Shown: positions 1-8,095, counted from the first letter of the stretch. The stretch: DNA of 33,570 bases from a virus (IMGVR_UViG_3300043447_000083:1-33570), one strand, 5' to 3'. The notes: generated by a model not told the origin, from the letters alone. Translations and numbers: made by a program.

Positions 1-703
1 TTTCGCTATTCTTTAGCCATAAGAATGCTCTAGTAAATCTAGTATCGCTTAAAAAGCTACCTTGAAATGTTACTCCTAGACTCGAGGCAATCGCATCAAA
101 TAACTTACTAACTCTAATAGCAGGGAATAAATCATTATAATAAATAGGATGAGAATTTTGAGCAATGTTATAAGCTCCACTTCCATACTCCCAAACGTTT
201 TTAGAAGATATTAAAGGAAACATTACATTGTTACCAGCACCTCCGATAACTCGGTTTTTAACTACAGTTCCGGTATAGCTAAAATTATATGCACTAAGAT
301 TTAAGTCTTTTAGGAACTTACCTGCAAACGTATCCTTTAACGAAACTAAAGAACCAAAGAAAGTAATTTGGTAGTTATCTATTACCCCATTCTTATAGCT
401 AGCTTTCTCTAGTTGAATCTTACCTTTTCTAAATGGCGAATAGTCTAGCTCTATGTACGCATCTTTTCTTGTACGTGCATCAAATCCATTATCGATAGCA
501 TTCTCATACCAATGTTTAAATATCTTGTTATTATAAGGAGTAGCCGGAACCGTGAACGATTGGCTAAAGTCGGTAAAAACTTTAGATATGTCATTTACGT
601 TTTGAATGTTACTCGTTACGCTTATGCGTTCGTCATCGAAAAGCTCTATACGTTGTGGCTCTCCGGTAACATCGTCATAAATATAAAGTAAGACGTTTAT
701 CAT
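1..703 (-). CDS. Tail tip/hub-like virion protein, 5' part only (runs off window); diverged copy of 28434-30434
   Basis: ATG at 703 overlaps the upstream stop (TAATG). The frame is open to position 1 and the translation (...EPQRIELFDDERISVTSNIQNVNDISKVFTDFSQSF...) aligns with the 666-aa ORF. Not in the supplied ORF track. Confidence 0.8.
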   Translation of the reverse strand, partial: MINVLLYIYDDVTGEPQRIELFDDERISVTSNIQNVNDISKVFTDFSQSFTVPATPYNNKIFKHWYENAIDNGFDARTRKDAYIELDYSPFRKGKIQLEKASYKNGVIDNYQITFFGSLVSLKDTFAGKFLKDLNLSAYNFSYTGTVVKNRVIGGAGNNVMFPLISSKNVWEYGSGAYNIAQNSHPIYYNDLFPAIRVSKLFDAIASSLGVTFQGSFLSDTRFTRAFLWLKNSE

Positions 704-1779
704 TAGACTACGTTGTTAATAAGATTAAATCCGTAAGTAAACTCTATTTCGTAATTGATATTTCTATCTTTTAACGAGGTCTTTAAATCGGTAGCGGTAG
801 TCTTAACTTCTACCGGCACTCCATCTAAAAGAATCGTCTCGGATAGAAGTAAGTCTTGAATAAGCTCCGAGTAATTCTCTGGAACCCACCCCGTATTTAA
901 ACGGATATTTTTTGAGCCATTAATATTGAAGCTCTTTGTTTGTGCTCTTGAAGTATTATAATCTACTGCATCTGGAAGCAAGTTATATGTAGTCCCTTGC
1001 GTTTGAATGTTAGTTGTTTGTGCCTTATAAAACGTTAGAAATTGCCATCCTCCAAAACGATTGATATACTGGCATTGAATAGGGTTCCATTTAGGCTCGC
1101 AAATAGGCATTATTGTAAATATCCTAGAAGCGTCTACATATTCTCCAGTAGGTCTGTATTTTATTTCTACCGTATTGCCTTTGTCGAATTTTATAAAATC
1201 CGTTCTAAAAGGAATTTTTAACATTGTTTTGCCTAAATCCTCATAGGTAACTATTAATTCATTTCTGCCCCTTAAATCTTTGTATGAAACAATAACATCT
1301 GCAGGAGAAGTGATATCGGTAACTACGTTGATAAATGGGTAGGAATCTGAAATAATACCTTCCTCATAAGTATAAACTAAACCCTCTCTAACTAAAATAT
1401 TAAAATCTGGTTCGGTTTCTTCGGCACTATTCATACCGTTAGAATATAACGTATATCCTCCAGTAGCGTAACCAGTATCCGTATCTAATAAAATATAAGT
1501 ACCTAAAGTCGCTTCTTTATATCGCTTAACTTTTACGTTACACCACATTGAATTTGTATTATCACTTGGAGTAATAGCCTCAATATACTCCTTAACATAT
1601 GGAGCAATATTATAAACGTTCTTTCTATTGGTAGCTGAAGCAATAGACTTAGTAAAAGTATAGGTAGGAGTAGATGGTTCACTATCTGGATTATTCCAAA
1701 TAAACAATTCTACCCTAGAGCCAAGTTGCGAAGCTTCGTTTATTTCAATAAAGTAAGGACTTCTTGCGTAAATTATCAT
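703..1779 (-). CDS. Virion tail protein (distal-tail/Dit-like candidate), copy A
   Basis: 358 aa, beta-rich, in the tail module; homologue at 30434-31501. The Dit call rests on position and size only. Confidence 0.55.
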   Translation of the reverse strand: MIIYARSPYFIEINEASQLGSRVELFIWNNPDSEPSTPTYTFTKSIASATNRKNVYNIAPYVKEYIEAITPSDNTNSMWCNVKVKRYKEATLGTYILLDTDTGYATGGYTLYSNGMNSAEETEPDFNILVREGLVYTYEEGIISDSYPFINVVTDITSPADVIVSYKDLRGRNELIVTYEDLGKTMLKIPFRTDFIKFDKGNTVEIKYRPTGEYVDASRIFTIMPICEPKWNPIQCQYINRFGGWQFLTFYKAQTTNIQTQGTTYNLLPDAVDYNTSRAQTKSFNINGSKNIRLNTGWVPENYSELIQDLLLSETILLDGVPVEVKTTATDLKTSLKDRNINYEIEFTYGFNLINNVV

Positions 1780-2309
1780 TTTATCTTTAAATTATAATCT
1801 ATAATTGTATCAATATCTTGCCCAAAGGCTTTTAGTAAATCAATATCTATGTACTTAGAATATCCTTTCTCAAATGGCTTAGTAAAAAATAAACTTGGCT
1901 TTAATCCTTTTGCAAAAATGCTTCTAGTAATTATAAAAGCAGTTGATTGATAACTTAAAAACTTACCAGTATCCTTGTCTTTAAATTGTATTCTCTTTTG
2001 TTTAACCCACTTCTCAATGCCATTGGTTAAACCTCCAGACTTACCGCTTCCGCTGCCAAATTTAAAAGGACTATTAGGAGCTTTAGCGTTACTAAACTTA
2101 CCTCTAACCCCTTGGTCTTGGTAAGCTCCGTGTTCGTCCATTATAAAGCCTACAATAGAGTAATTTGCTTCGCTTACTATTTCTCCTTTAATACTATTGT
2201 AAAGTGATTTACTTACATTTTTCCCTTGCCTTGTTAAATTTGCTTTAGCTTGAGAAACTACATAATCTCTAAATCTCTTTATAGTAGCTTGAGTTTCTTT
2301 TAATTCCAT
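1776..2309 (-). CDS. Neck/tail-completion-like protein, copy A
   Basis: 177 aa, basic, with SLYNSIK...YQDQGVRG...GLKPSLFF, reminiscent of HK97 gp10-like tail completion proteins; homologue at 31498-32034. Confidence 0.5.
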   Translation of the reverse strand: MELKETQATIKRFRDYVVSQAKANLTRQGKNVSKSLYNSIKGEIVSEANYSIVGFIMDEHGAYQDQGVRGKFSNAKAPNSPFKFGSGSGKSGGLTNGIEKWVKQKRIQFKDKDTGKFLSYQSTAFIITRSIFAKGLKPSLFFTKPFEKGYSKYIDIDLLKAFGQDIDTIIDYNLKIK

Positions 2310-2765
2310 TTAGCAAATTGTCATATCATTAGGAATAATAACGTCAAACGTTAATGTCCATCCAGCTACCTTGTTCTCGAATCTATCCATAAATGGCTCA
2401 GCACTTGGAGCAGAAGCAATCTGGATTAAATTAGAAAATAATGTACCTCGCATTAAATCGCTAGTCAATCTTTGTGCTAAAGCTAACTGAGTATTTAAAA
2501 CGTCTTGCTCATTGTCATTACTATCCCAAATGTCTGTAACAAGTTGCTTACTATCGTCCACTAAATCCATAAATAATATGGAAATATTAAGGGACGTAGT
2601 ATTTTCGGCTAATTGTGCATTATTAACAATAATATGCGACAAAGGGAAAATTGTTTGTTTGTTTAAGTCTACCTTAAATATGTCTCCAATAGTTACCGTA
2701 TTAATAAAGTTGGTAGCTTTTAGGTAATCTTTAATCGCATTTACTACGTAATAATATCCGTTCAT
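2310..2765 (-). CDS. Tail terminator/completion-like protein, copy A
   Basis: 151 aa, acidic alpha/beta protein next to the neck gene; homologue at 32034-32489. Confidence 0.5.
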   Translation of the reverse strand: MNGYYYVVNAIKDYLKATNFINTVTIGDIFKVDLNKQTIFPLSHIIVNNAQLAENTTSLNISILFMDLVDDSKQLVTDIWDSNDNEQDVLNTQLALAQRLTSDLMRGTLFSNLIQIASAPSAEPFMDRFENKVAGWTLTFDVIIPNDMTIC

Positions 2766-3507
2766 TTGTTAGCCTTTTTAATTAACTTAATCTCTAAGTC
2801 CGCTTTTTGTTTTTCAAATACTAAATATGTCAAGCATTTCCGTAAAGGAAGTTTGGTAACTTCATCAAATCTTCTAACGTCTCCTTTAGCGAGAGCATAG
2901 ATTGATGAATACCATCCCCACCGCTTTCCGAATTGTGCTTGTTCATCAAATCCTTCATCTGCGGATTCTCCTCCAAATAAGTCAGGGTACTCCGAAGTAA
3001 TTCGTTCCCTAAATGATAAAAAAAAACCACCGCACCTAACACAACATCTAAAGGAGCGTGCCTCATTACATCCGCATAAGTTATAGAGCCATTATAATCC
3101 TCTATACTATATTTGTCTTGCACCTTGTTTTTAATGGGTCTAAATAAGACTGCCATCGCTTTGTGCATTTCTTGCCAATCGGTAATATATGTATCTAAAT
3201 CCATATACTCACCTTGTGTCATTTCATCCAAATTAGGTATGAACCCAAACTCTACTCCACCCATTTTAAAACGTGGTATAAATGGATGTTTAATTCCAAA
3301 CATTTTGGCAATAGATGCAGTAATTTCTTTTACATCTTTATGCTTAATATTTGCAATGTCTTTTAAATCAACACCGCAAAAGTATTGCACCATCTTTTGA
3401 TGCAAGAACTCTGAATCTTCATTACTCTCTGCAATCTTTAGAAATCTTTGGTATTGAGCCAATTTAATTTCTCCTAGATGCGTAGGAATATTTAATTCTA
3501 GCTTCAT
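2762..3507 (-). CDS. Predicted -1 frameshift product (GT-type tail assembly chaperone, ~248 aa), copy A
   Basis: Slippery GTT TTT TTT TAT (T9 at 3018-3026). The -1 frame reads FLSFRERITSEYPDLFGG...FGKRWGWYSSIYALAKGDVRRFDEV...KKANK and stops at 2762-2764, overlapping the next ATG (ATGA). Confidence 0.75.
2830..3507 (-). CDS. Tail assembly chaperone-like protein (G form, 225 aa), copy A
   Basis: ORF track; contains the slippery T9 run; homologue at 32554-33231. Confidence 0.65.
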   Translation of the reverse strand: MKLELNIPTHLGEIKLAQYQRFLKIAESNEDSEFLHQKMVQYFCGVDLKDIANIKHKDVKEITASIAKMFGIKHPFIPRFKMGGVEFGFIPNLDEMTQGEYMDLDTYITDWQEMHKAMAVLFRPIKNKVQDKYSIEDYNGSITYADVMRHAPLDVVLGAVVFFYHLGNELLRSTLTYLEENPQMKDLMNKHNSESGGDGIHQSMLSLKETLEDLMKLPNFLYGNA

Positions 3508-3511
3508 AATG

Positions 3512-3538
3512 TATAAACGTTATTTGTTGTTTTTTGTA
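3512..3538 (-). promoter_or_regulatory. Candidate ECF-type late promoter
   Basis: TACAAAA...AACGTTTATA (TAC-N16-CGT). The same motif occurs at 16676, 23248, 26302 and 33236, always intergenic and in front of late genes. Confidence 0.7.
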
Positions 3539-4750
3539 TTAGTACACGAAATACTTCCCCGAGTTGGGATTAGATAACTGATAGAAGACGTTGTAACGTA
3601 TGGCATCGATGGCGTGGTTAAAGTTATCGACCACAAGTCCAGACTTCTTGTCAGAGTATATGTAGTTATTAAGTTCTTTTCCAATGTTCTGAGAGTTAGG
3701 TTCTATTACTAATTCATAATCTTGCATAAGTGCTAGACCAGCGGTAATACTACCCGCTCCTTTTTCAGTAGGCACTATATTACATCCTTGCGATTGAAGC
3801 TCGGCTATAAGTCTTGGCTCTGCACTATCTGCTACTATCAAACTTTTACCGCATACTCGCTTGTTTATTTGTGCTATTTCGCTTGTAGTTAGCTTTGGTT
3901 TGTACAAATGCTCCTTAATATAAATTTTATGCTTATTCTTGTCTATCGCTACCTCTACTAGCGTAGTCGGGTCTATCGAGAATCCAAAGTCTTGACCAAA
4001 TGAGGTTTGTAAATTATCTGGATTAAATTGACCATAAGACCAATTAGTAAATACTACACCTTCGGCTTTGTCTAACCATCCTCCAAGAATCGTATGCTCG
4101 TACTTGCGTTTATTTGTACGTTCTAAGGCTTCGATTTGATTTAGGAATGATTCACTTAGGTAATCAATATTATCCTTGTACGTGGTATGTATGTAAGTCG
4201 TATCGCCCTTAGTTAATGATTCTCCAGATTGAACTCCTTTCTCTTCGAAAAAACGATTGTAAATAAAGTGTTCTTTTGTTGTTGGGTTTAAAATTAGGAT
4301 TACTCGGTTTTGTCTTTGGCTATTACGAATGGAGAAATCTATTTTATCAAAGATATCTTCATCTGTTAGCTCTTCCGCTTCATCTAATATCCAAGTCGTA
4401 ACACCTTGTAACGATTTAAGATTAGCGGTTTGAGTTCCGCTCGATGTCTTAATACCTCTAAATAAAATCTTTGAATTGGTACGAGTATTTATAATCTCGT
4501 CTTTGGTAATGTAGAAATCGGATTCTAATCCAGCCATCTCTATCTTCTCTACAAACTCTGGTATAATTGATATATGAGCCGAAGTTAGAGTATAACGAGT
4601 AAATAGTATTACGTGACCTACTTCGTACGTTAGAAGCAAAAGAAAGGAGTTCAAAGCAAATGATTTACCCGAACCCCTTCCTCCAGTTACAACAAAGTAC
4701 CGGCTTGCGCTTTCAAATAACGGTACATATTTTTTATTTAACTCTATCAC
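3539..4750 (-). CDS. terL: Terminase large subunit (PBSX-like)
   Basis: Walker A GGRGSGKS, Walker B WILDEAEE, motif III LNP, nuclease motifs QDFGF and NHAIDAIRY. Confidence 0.95.
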   Translation of the reverse strand: MIELNKKYVPLFESASRYFVVTGGRGSGKSFALNSFLLLLTYEVGHVILFTRYTLTSAHISIIPEFVEKIEMAGLESDFYITKDEIINTRTNSKILFRGIKTSSGTQTANLKSLQGVTTWILDEAEELTDEDIFDKIDFSIRNSQRQNRVILILNPTTKEHFIYNRFFEEKGVQSGESLTKGDTTYIHTTYKDNIDYLSESFLNQIEALERTNKRKYEHTILGGWLDKAEGVVFTNWSYGQFNPDNLQTSFGQDFGFSIDPTTLVEVAIDKNKHKIYIKEHLYKPKLTTSEIAQINKRVCGKSLIVADSAEPRLIAELQSQGCNIVPTEKGAGSITAGLALMQDYELVIEPNSQNIGKELNNYIYSDKKSGLVVDNFNHAIDAIRYNVFYQLSNPNSGKYFVY

Positions 4751-5010
4751 TTAAATTTTACAATGTCCTTTATATCAAAGTCATTAATTGTATGCGTAGT
4801 GTTTTGGTCTACCACTTGCTTAGGCATACCGAATTGATATTGGAAGAATAACTTAACCGCCCAGTCTTTGTGGTCTTCTAATGCTTGAGCAAGAACCGCA
4901 AAAGCTTTAGGCTCTAATGGTGTTAGCTTTTCTACTAACGATTGTTCTTCTGCCTTAGATTTTCTACCAGCTCCTTCTCTTGCTCCTCCTCGTTTATCTA
5001 TCTTTTCCAT
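4747..5010 (-). CDS. terS: Terminase small subunit (putative)
   Basis: 87 aa directly upstream of terL with a 4-nt overlap; N-terminal GGAREGAGRK motif common in small terminases. Confidence 0.7.
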   Translation of the reverse strand: MEKIDKRGGAREGAGRKSKAEEQSLVEKLTPLEPKAFAVLAQALEDHKDWAVKLFFQYQFGMPKQVVDQNTTHTINDFDIKDIVKFK

Positions 5011-5011
5011 A

Positions 5012-5443
5012 TTAAAATTTTATTGCTTTAGCATCCGTATTCTCTCGAATCTTATCTACCTCGTTTTGATTGTTATCGTAATGAGTTCCAATCTCTAAAC
5101 GCTTTACGGTTTCCCATTTCAAAGCTCCATTTGTAAAGTAAACTCTTGAATGCGGAATCCCTAACTCATCTGCTACTTTATAAACTTCTTCGCTTGCGGT
5201 TTCTTGTCTTCTAGTAATGATGTAAACGGTCTTGCCTTCATCCATTAAACGCTTTGCTATGTCTTGCCCTCTTTGAGTGCTTAACGTGTCGTCAAAGTCA
5301 AAAGAAACCTTGTTTCCTTGAGCAGCAAGACTACCACTAGAGATAATAGCTACATAAACTTCTTGAGCTTTCTCCTTAGTGTCGTACTGGCATAGACCAG
5401 AGCCTATTCGCCATTTCCCATTTGAGCACTTAATTACCGGCAT
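5012..5443 (-). CDS. HAD-superfamily phosphatase-like protein with small N-terminal domain
   Basis: HAD motif I SFDFDDTL, motif II IITRR, motif IV HYDNN. Likely start is MPVIKC at 5443. Confidence 0.7.
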   Translation of the reverse strand: MPVIKCSNGKWRIGSGLCQYDTKEKAQEVYVAIISSGSLAAQGNKVSFDFDDTLSTQRGQDIAKRLMDEGKTVYIITRRQETASEEVYKVADELGIPHSRVYFTNGALKWETVKRLEIGTHYDNNQNEVDKIRENTDAKAIKF

Positions 5444-5864
5444 TGTCTTCTTCGAATACGTTATAAACTTGTCTAATTTGTCCAATATAATCTCTCCAAC
5501 ACGAAGCACAAGATGAAGCTTCTAATTTAATGTCAAAGATTCGGTAATATATATCTGTTAATTCCCATTGTACTTTCGGAGTAATGCTATTCTGAGGCTT
5601 AGAGAAAAACTCTTTTAAGTATTCATAATCCTCTTGAACTAAGCATTTAGGTTTACGATACGACCATAGCTTATTTAGCTTCTCTTTGCGTTCATCGCAT
5701 CCACAATCCCAGTCTAATGCTTTAGATAAAAGCTCTACACCTTTCTTAATTCCGGTAACGGTAGTGAATGCTTCAATAGTATCGCCCAATCCTTGAGCGT
5801 TAGCAAACGTAGCCTCCTCTTTAGGTTCTACGATAATTCTTTTTTTAATTGGTCTTTTTCCCAT
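5430..5864 (-). CDS. Cys-containing hypothetical protein
   Basis: 144 aa with GLGDTIE, DCGCDERKEKLN and SSCASC motifs; possibly metal-binding. Confidence 0.6.
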   Translation of the reverse strand: MGKRPIKKRIIVEPKEEATFANAQGLGDTIEAFTTVTGIKKGVELLSKALDWDCGCDERKEKLNKLWSYRKPKCLVQEDYEYLKEFFSKPQNSITPKVQWELTDIYYRIFDIKLEASSCASCWRDYIGQIRQVYNVFEEDNAGN

Positions 5865-6289
5865 TCTTTTAAACGTTGTTTACATTTCTTAATTGTGTTG
5901 TACACACTTGTAAAATTAATCTTAGTCTCTCTAGCTATTTTACGCATAGATATTTTATTATTTACCCAAAGCATAAATAGCATTTTATCGTACCAATGCC
6001 AAGTATCTATAAACTCTAAATAAGGCTGAGCTAGTTCCTCTGCTATGTCATTACTCTCATCCTCTCGTAAGCTATACTCTATGTCCCTTGTGATTTCTAC
6101 CTTAGTTACTTTCTTAGAGTGCAAGTCCATCGTAAGACTTCTTAGCGTGTAGTAGAAATAAGCCTCGTTTATCTCTTTGCCGTGAACTTTGATATAAGCC
6201 TCTTGAACTACGTCTTCGGCATAATTGACCTCGCCAAACTTTTTAACGATAGAAACCCAATGCTTATGCCTAGAATAAATATGCTCCAT
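5828..6289 (-). CDS. Phage RNA polymerase sigma factor, ECF-like
   Basis: Region-2-like AEDVVQEAYIK and region-4 HTH ISMRKIARETKINFTSVYNTIKKCKQRLK; 153 aa. Confidence 0.8.
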   Translation of the reverse strand: MEHIYSRHKHWVSIVKKFGEVNYAEDVVQEAYIKVHGKEINEAYFYYTLRSLTMDLHSKKVTKVEITRDIEYSLREDESNDIAEELAQPYLEFIDTWHWYDKMLFMLWVNNKISMRKIARETKINFTSVYNTIKKCKQRLKEWEKDQLKKELS

Positions 6290-6465
6290 TAGAGTAGGTA
6301 AATATTTTCGGCTACTAATTTCCAGTAAATCTTATCGTCAATCTTTGGCTTTGTTTCTCCGATTAATTCGCATATCCAAAGTGCAAGCTCTTTAGCTAGA
6401 TTCTTATTACCAGTAAAGTAATAAGCATTGTTCAAAATTGACTTGGCTCTTTCGTATGGCTTCAT
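6289..6465 (-). CDS. Small hypothetical protein (58 aa), MTPKEKA...YW family paralogue
   Basis: Start MKPYERAK at 6465 is coupled to the upstream stop (ATGA); ends YWKLVAENI. Confidence 0.6.
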   Translation of the reverse strand: MKPYERAKSILNNAYYFTGNKNLAKELALWICELIGETKPKIDDKIYWKLVAENIYLL

Positions 6466-6563
6466 CGCTTCTTTGATTCTTGAACTATCATATAGCTCAT
6501 ATAAATAATAAAAGCTATCTCGGCAATTCCTACCCAAATAGCTTGTAAGACTAGTCTATCCAT
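6462..6563 (-). CDS. 33-aa membrane peptide
   Basis: MDRLVLQAIWVGIAEIAFIIYMSYMIVQESKKR; fills the gap and overlaps both neighbours. Confidence 0.55.
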   Translation of the reverse strand: MDRLVLQAIWVGIAEIAFIIYMSYMIVQESKKR

Positions 6564-6786
6564 TGAACTTTTTTAATTCTCTATTTAAATACCATATAGC
6601 TTTTTCTATATCTTGTTTTTTATTTCCTTTAATTTCACACCTAAGAATATATTTAACTGAATTAGCTAAATTAAAATTAAGGTCAAAGGATTCGATTATA
6701 TCAATGGCTTCTAATCCATTTGCTCCTTTATAATGTAAAGGATTATTTACTAGGTCAATTTTTTCGTGAGGTTCTACGTAGTTCAT
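6556..6786 (-). CDS. DUF3310 (SaV-like) protein
   Basis: VNNPLHY...EAIDII...NSVKYILR...KG...QDIEKAIWYL is the family signature. Confidence 0.85.
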   Translation of the reverse strand: MNYVEPHEKIDLVNNPLHYKGANGLEAIDIIESFDLNFNLANSVKYILRCEIKGNKKQDIEKAIWYLNRELKKFNG

Positions 6787-6866
6787 TATGATGTTGTTTA
6801 AAGTTTGCCGTCTTTCCGAGCTGTCAAAAAGAAAATCAAAGTTTGCTCGCTACGATTATTTTTTTG

Positions 6867-6972
6867 TAGTCAGGACAGGATTCGAACCTGTAATTAGCTT
6901 TATCATACTGAGTGCCATTAGCTGTTATCTCAACCTTGGAGGGTGCTGCGTCTACCATTCCGCCACCTGACT
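6867..6972 (-). ncRNA. tRNA-like RNA with atypical, enlarged anticodon/variable region
   Basis: Acceptor stem AGTCAGG/CCTGACT, Leu-type D arm GCGGAATGGTAGACGC, T arm ACAGG-TTCGAAT-CCTGT. The 56-nt middle has no proper anticodon stem, and the 3' end reads ACAA. Confidence 0.75.
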
Positions 6973-6982
6973 AATTTCTTCG

Positions 6983-7014
6983 CAAAGTTTAATGAAAAAA
7001 AATGATTAAACAAA
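6983..7014 (-). promoter_or_regulatory. Bacteroidota-type promoter upstream of the tRNA-like RNA
   Basis: TTTG-N19-TAAACTTTG, near the consensus TTTG...TAnnTTTG, ending 10 nt before the RNA. Confidence 0.55.
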
Positions 7015-7018
7015 ATTT

Positions 7019-7366
7019 TTAAGCATTTATTTCATAGGATTTTAGCAAAATGTTCATCTGAGTATTCAAAGTTTCTCTCTTAGTGTCATCTAGTCGAGAC
7101 ATTTGCACTCCGATTTTATAAAAGAATAACATCGCCTCCGCTGCTTCGATGAATTGCTCGGTAACTTTCATCCCTTGCTCTGAGTAATCTCCTCTAGGTA
7201 AAAGAATCTCTACTACTTTTTCAAGCTCTTTAAGTTGCTGATTTGTTATCGATTTTACCCTTTGCTTATTCGCTGGGTTTCCTTTCCAGTCATCTTCAAT
7301 AATATGGATTAATGCTTGGCACATTGTAAAATACGTTAGTGCCTTGTCTTTGTCTTCTTGTGTCAT
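7019..7366 (-). CDS. Hypothetical protein
   Basis: 115-aa helical ORF, translationally coupled. Confidence 0.6.
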   Translation of the reverse strand: MTQEDKDKALTYFTMCQALIHIIEDDWKGNPANKQRVKSITNQQLKELEKVVEILLPRGDYSEQGMKVTEQFIEAAEAMLFFYKIGVQMSRLDDTKRETLNTQMNILLKSYEINA

Positions 7367-7521
7367 TTGTTTATATTTTTGCCATTAAAAAAATCTGTCC
7401 ACCATTTATCGTCTTTAAGTGAATGGTAAATAGTAATAGCGTTATCTTTTTCAAATTGTTTTCTCCTTTGTTCGTCAGCCTTTTGCTTTCTTACAATTTT
7501 CCTAAGCTTTATGTGTTTCAT
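7363..7521 (-). CDS. 52-aa basic hypothetical protein
   Basis: MKHIKLRKIVRKQKADEQRRKQFEK...; ATGA overlaps at both ends; below the ORF-track cutoff. Confidence 0.6.
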   Translation of the reverse strand: MKHIKLRKIVRKQKADEQRRKQFEKDNAITIYHSLKDDKWWTDFFNGKNINK

Positions 7522-7739
7522 TTGTATCTCTTATTTAAATAGTCCTTTATTTCCCTTACTCTTAAAAATGCTAATTTTCTTAATGGGTCTATCCCAAATA
7601 AGATACGTTCCTTTTGAGCTCTAAGGCACAAATGTAAGTCATCTATATGAATACCATCCTTAAGTATAAATCGCTCGTTAGGTTTAAGCAATTGGGCATC
7701 TATCCACTCGATAGCTTTGGTTTGGTTAGTTGTTAGCAT
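7518..7739 (-). CDS. Hypothetical protein
   Basis: 73-aa ORF overlapping both neighbours. Confidence 0.6.
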   Translation of the reverse strand: MLTTNQTKAIEWIDAQLLKPNERFILKDGIHIDDLHLCLRAQKERILFGIDPLRKLAFLRVREIKDYLNKRYK

Positions 7740-8095
7740 ATTAAATCTTTTAGTTTACATAAAATCCCTCTACTTGTGTTATTATCTCCACCTTTAACAT
7801 CCATTCTAGCCTTGCCTTGTTCCACTAATTGCTTAATCTTTTTTCTTAACTGGTCTGTCGATATTATTATAGCCTCATCTTCTGCTACTTTGTAAACGTA
7901 ATAGTCGCTTTGGCTTGTTGATATTCCGCTTGGTTTACCTCTTGACCAGTATTCGATATAAACGTTTCCAGTTTCTTGCGTTCTTCTATCGCTTTTAACC
8001 TCTATTTTTTTACCGCTTACTAACTCGTGAAACCAAGTCTCGCCATTTAAAACACCAAACTCTAAATCGAATTTAAAATCGTTGTTATAAGTCAT
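7733..8095 (-). CDS. PD-(D/E)XK-like nuclease-fold protein
   Basis: IEVKSD...TGNVYIEY...PSGISTSQSDYY motif. Confidence 0.55.
   Translation of the reverse strand: MTYNNDFKFDLEFGVLNGETWFHELVSGKKIEVKSDRRTQETGNVYIEYWSRGKPSGISTSQSDYYVYKVAEDEAIIISTDQLRKKIKQLVEQGKARMDVKGGDNNTSRGILCKLKDLIC

Larger units (their letters stand above)
1..3846. repeat. Diverged direct repeat, copy A (partner 29717-33570)
   Basis: Same six genes in the same order, with an offset of 29716-29731 nt. The 151-aa pair differs at 23 residues by hand count (~85% identity). 3720-3846 is identical to 33444-33570. Confidence 0.97.

Noticed and set aside
6788-6970. 60-aa plus-strand ORF
   Set aside because: It is the antisense of the tRNA-like RNA (VVRTGFEP is the typical reverse translation of a T arm).
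6867-6972. Functional tRNA-Trp(CCA) or tRNA-Leu
   Set aside because: The anticodon stem has 2 of 5 mismatches and the middle region is ~20 nt too long, so it is kept only as tRNA-like.
7957-7985. Extra CGTTTATA late-promoter-like match
   Set aside because: It lies inside a gene, is explained by the codons for GNVYI and lacks the ACAAAA upstream element.
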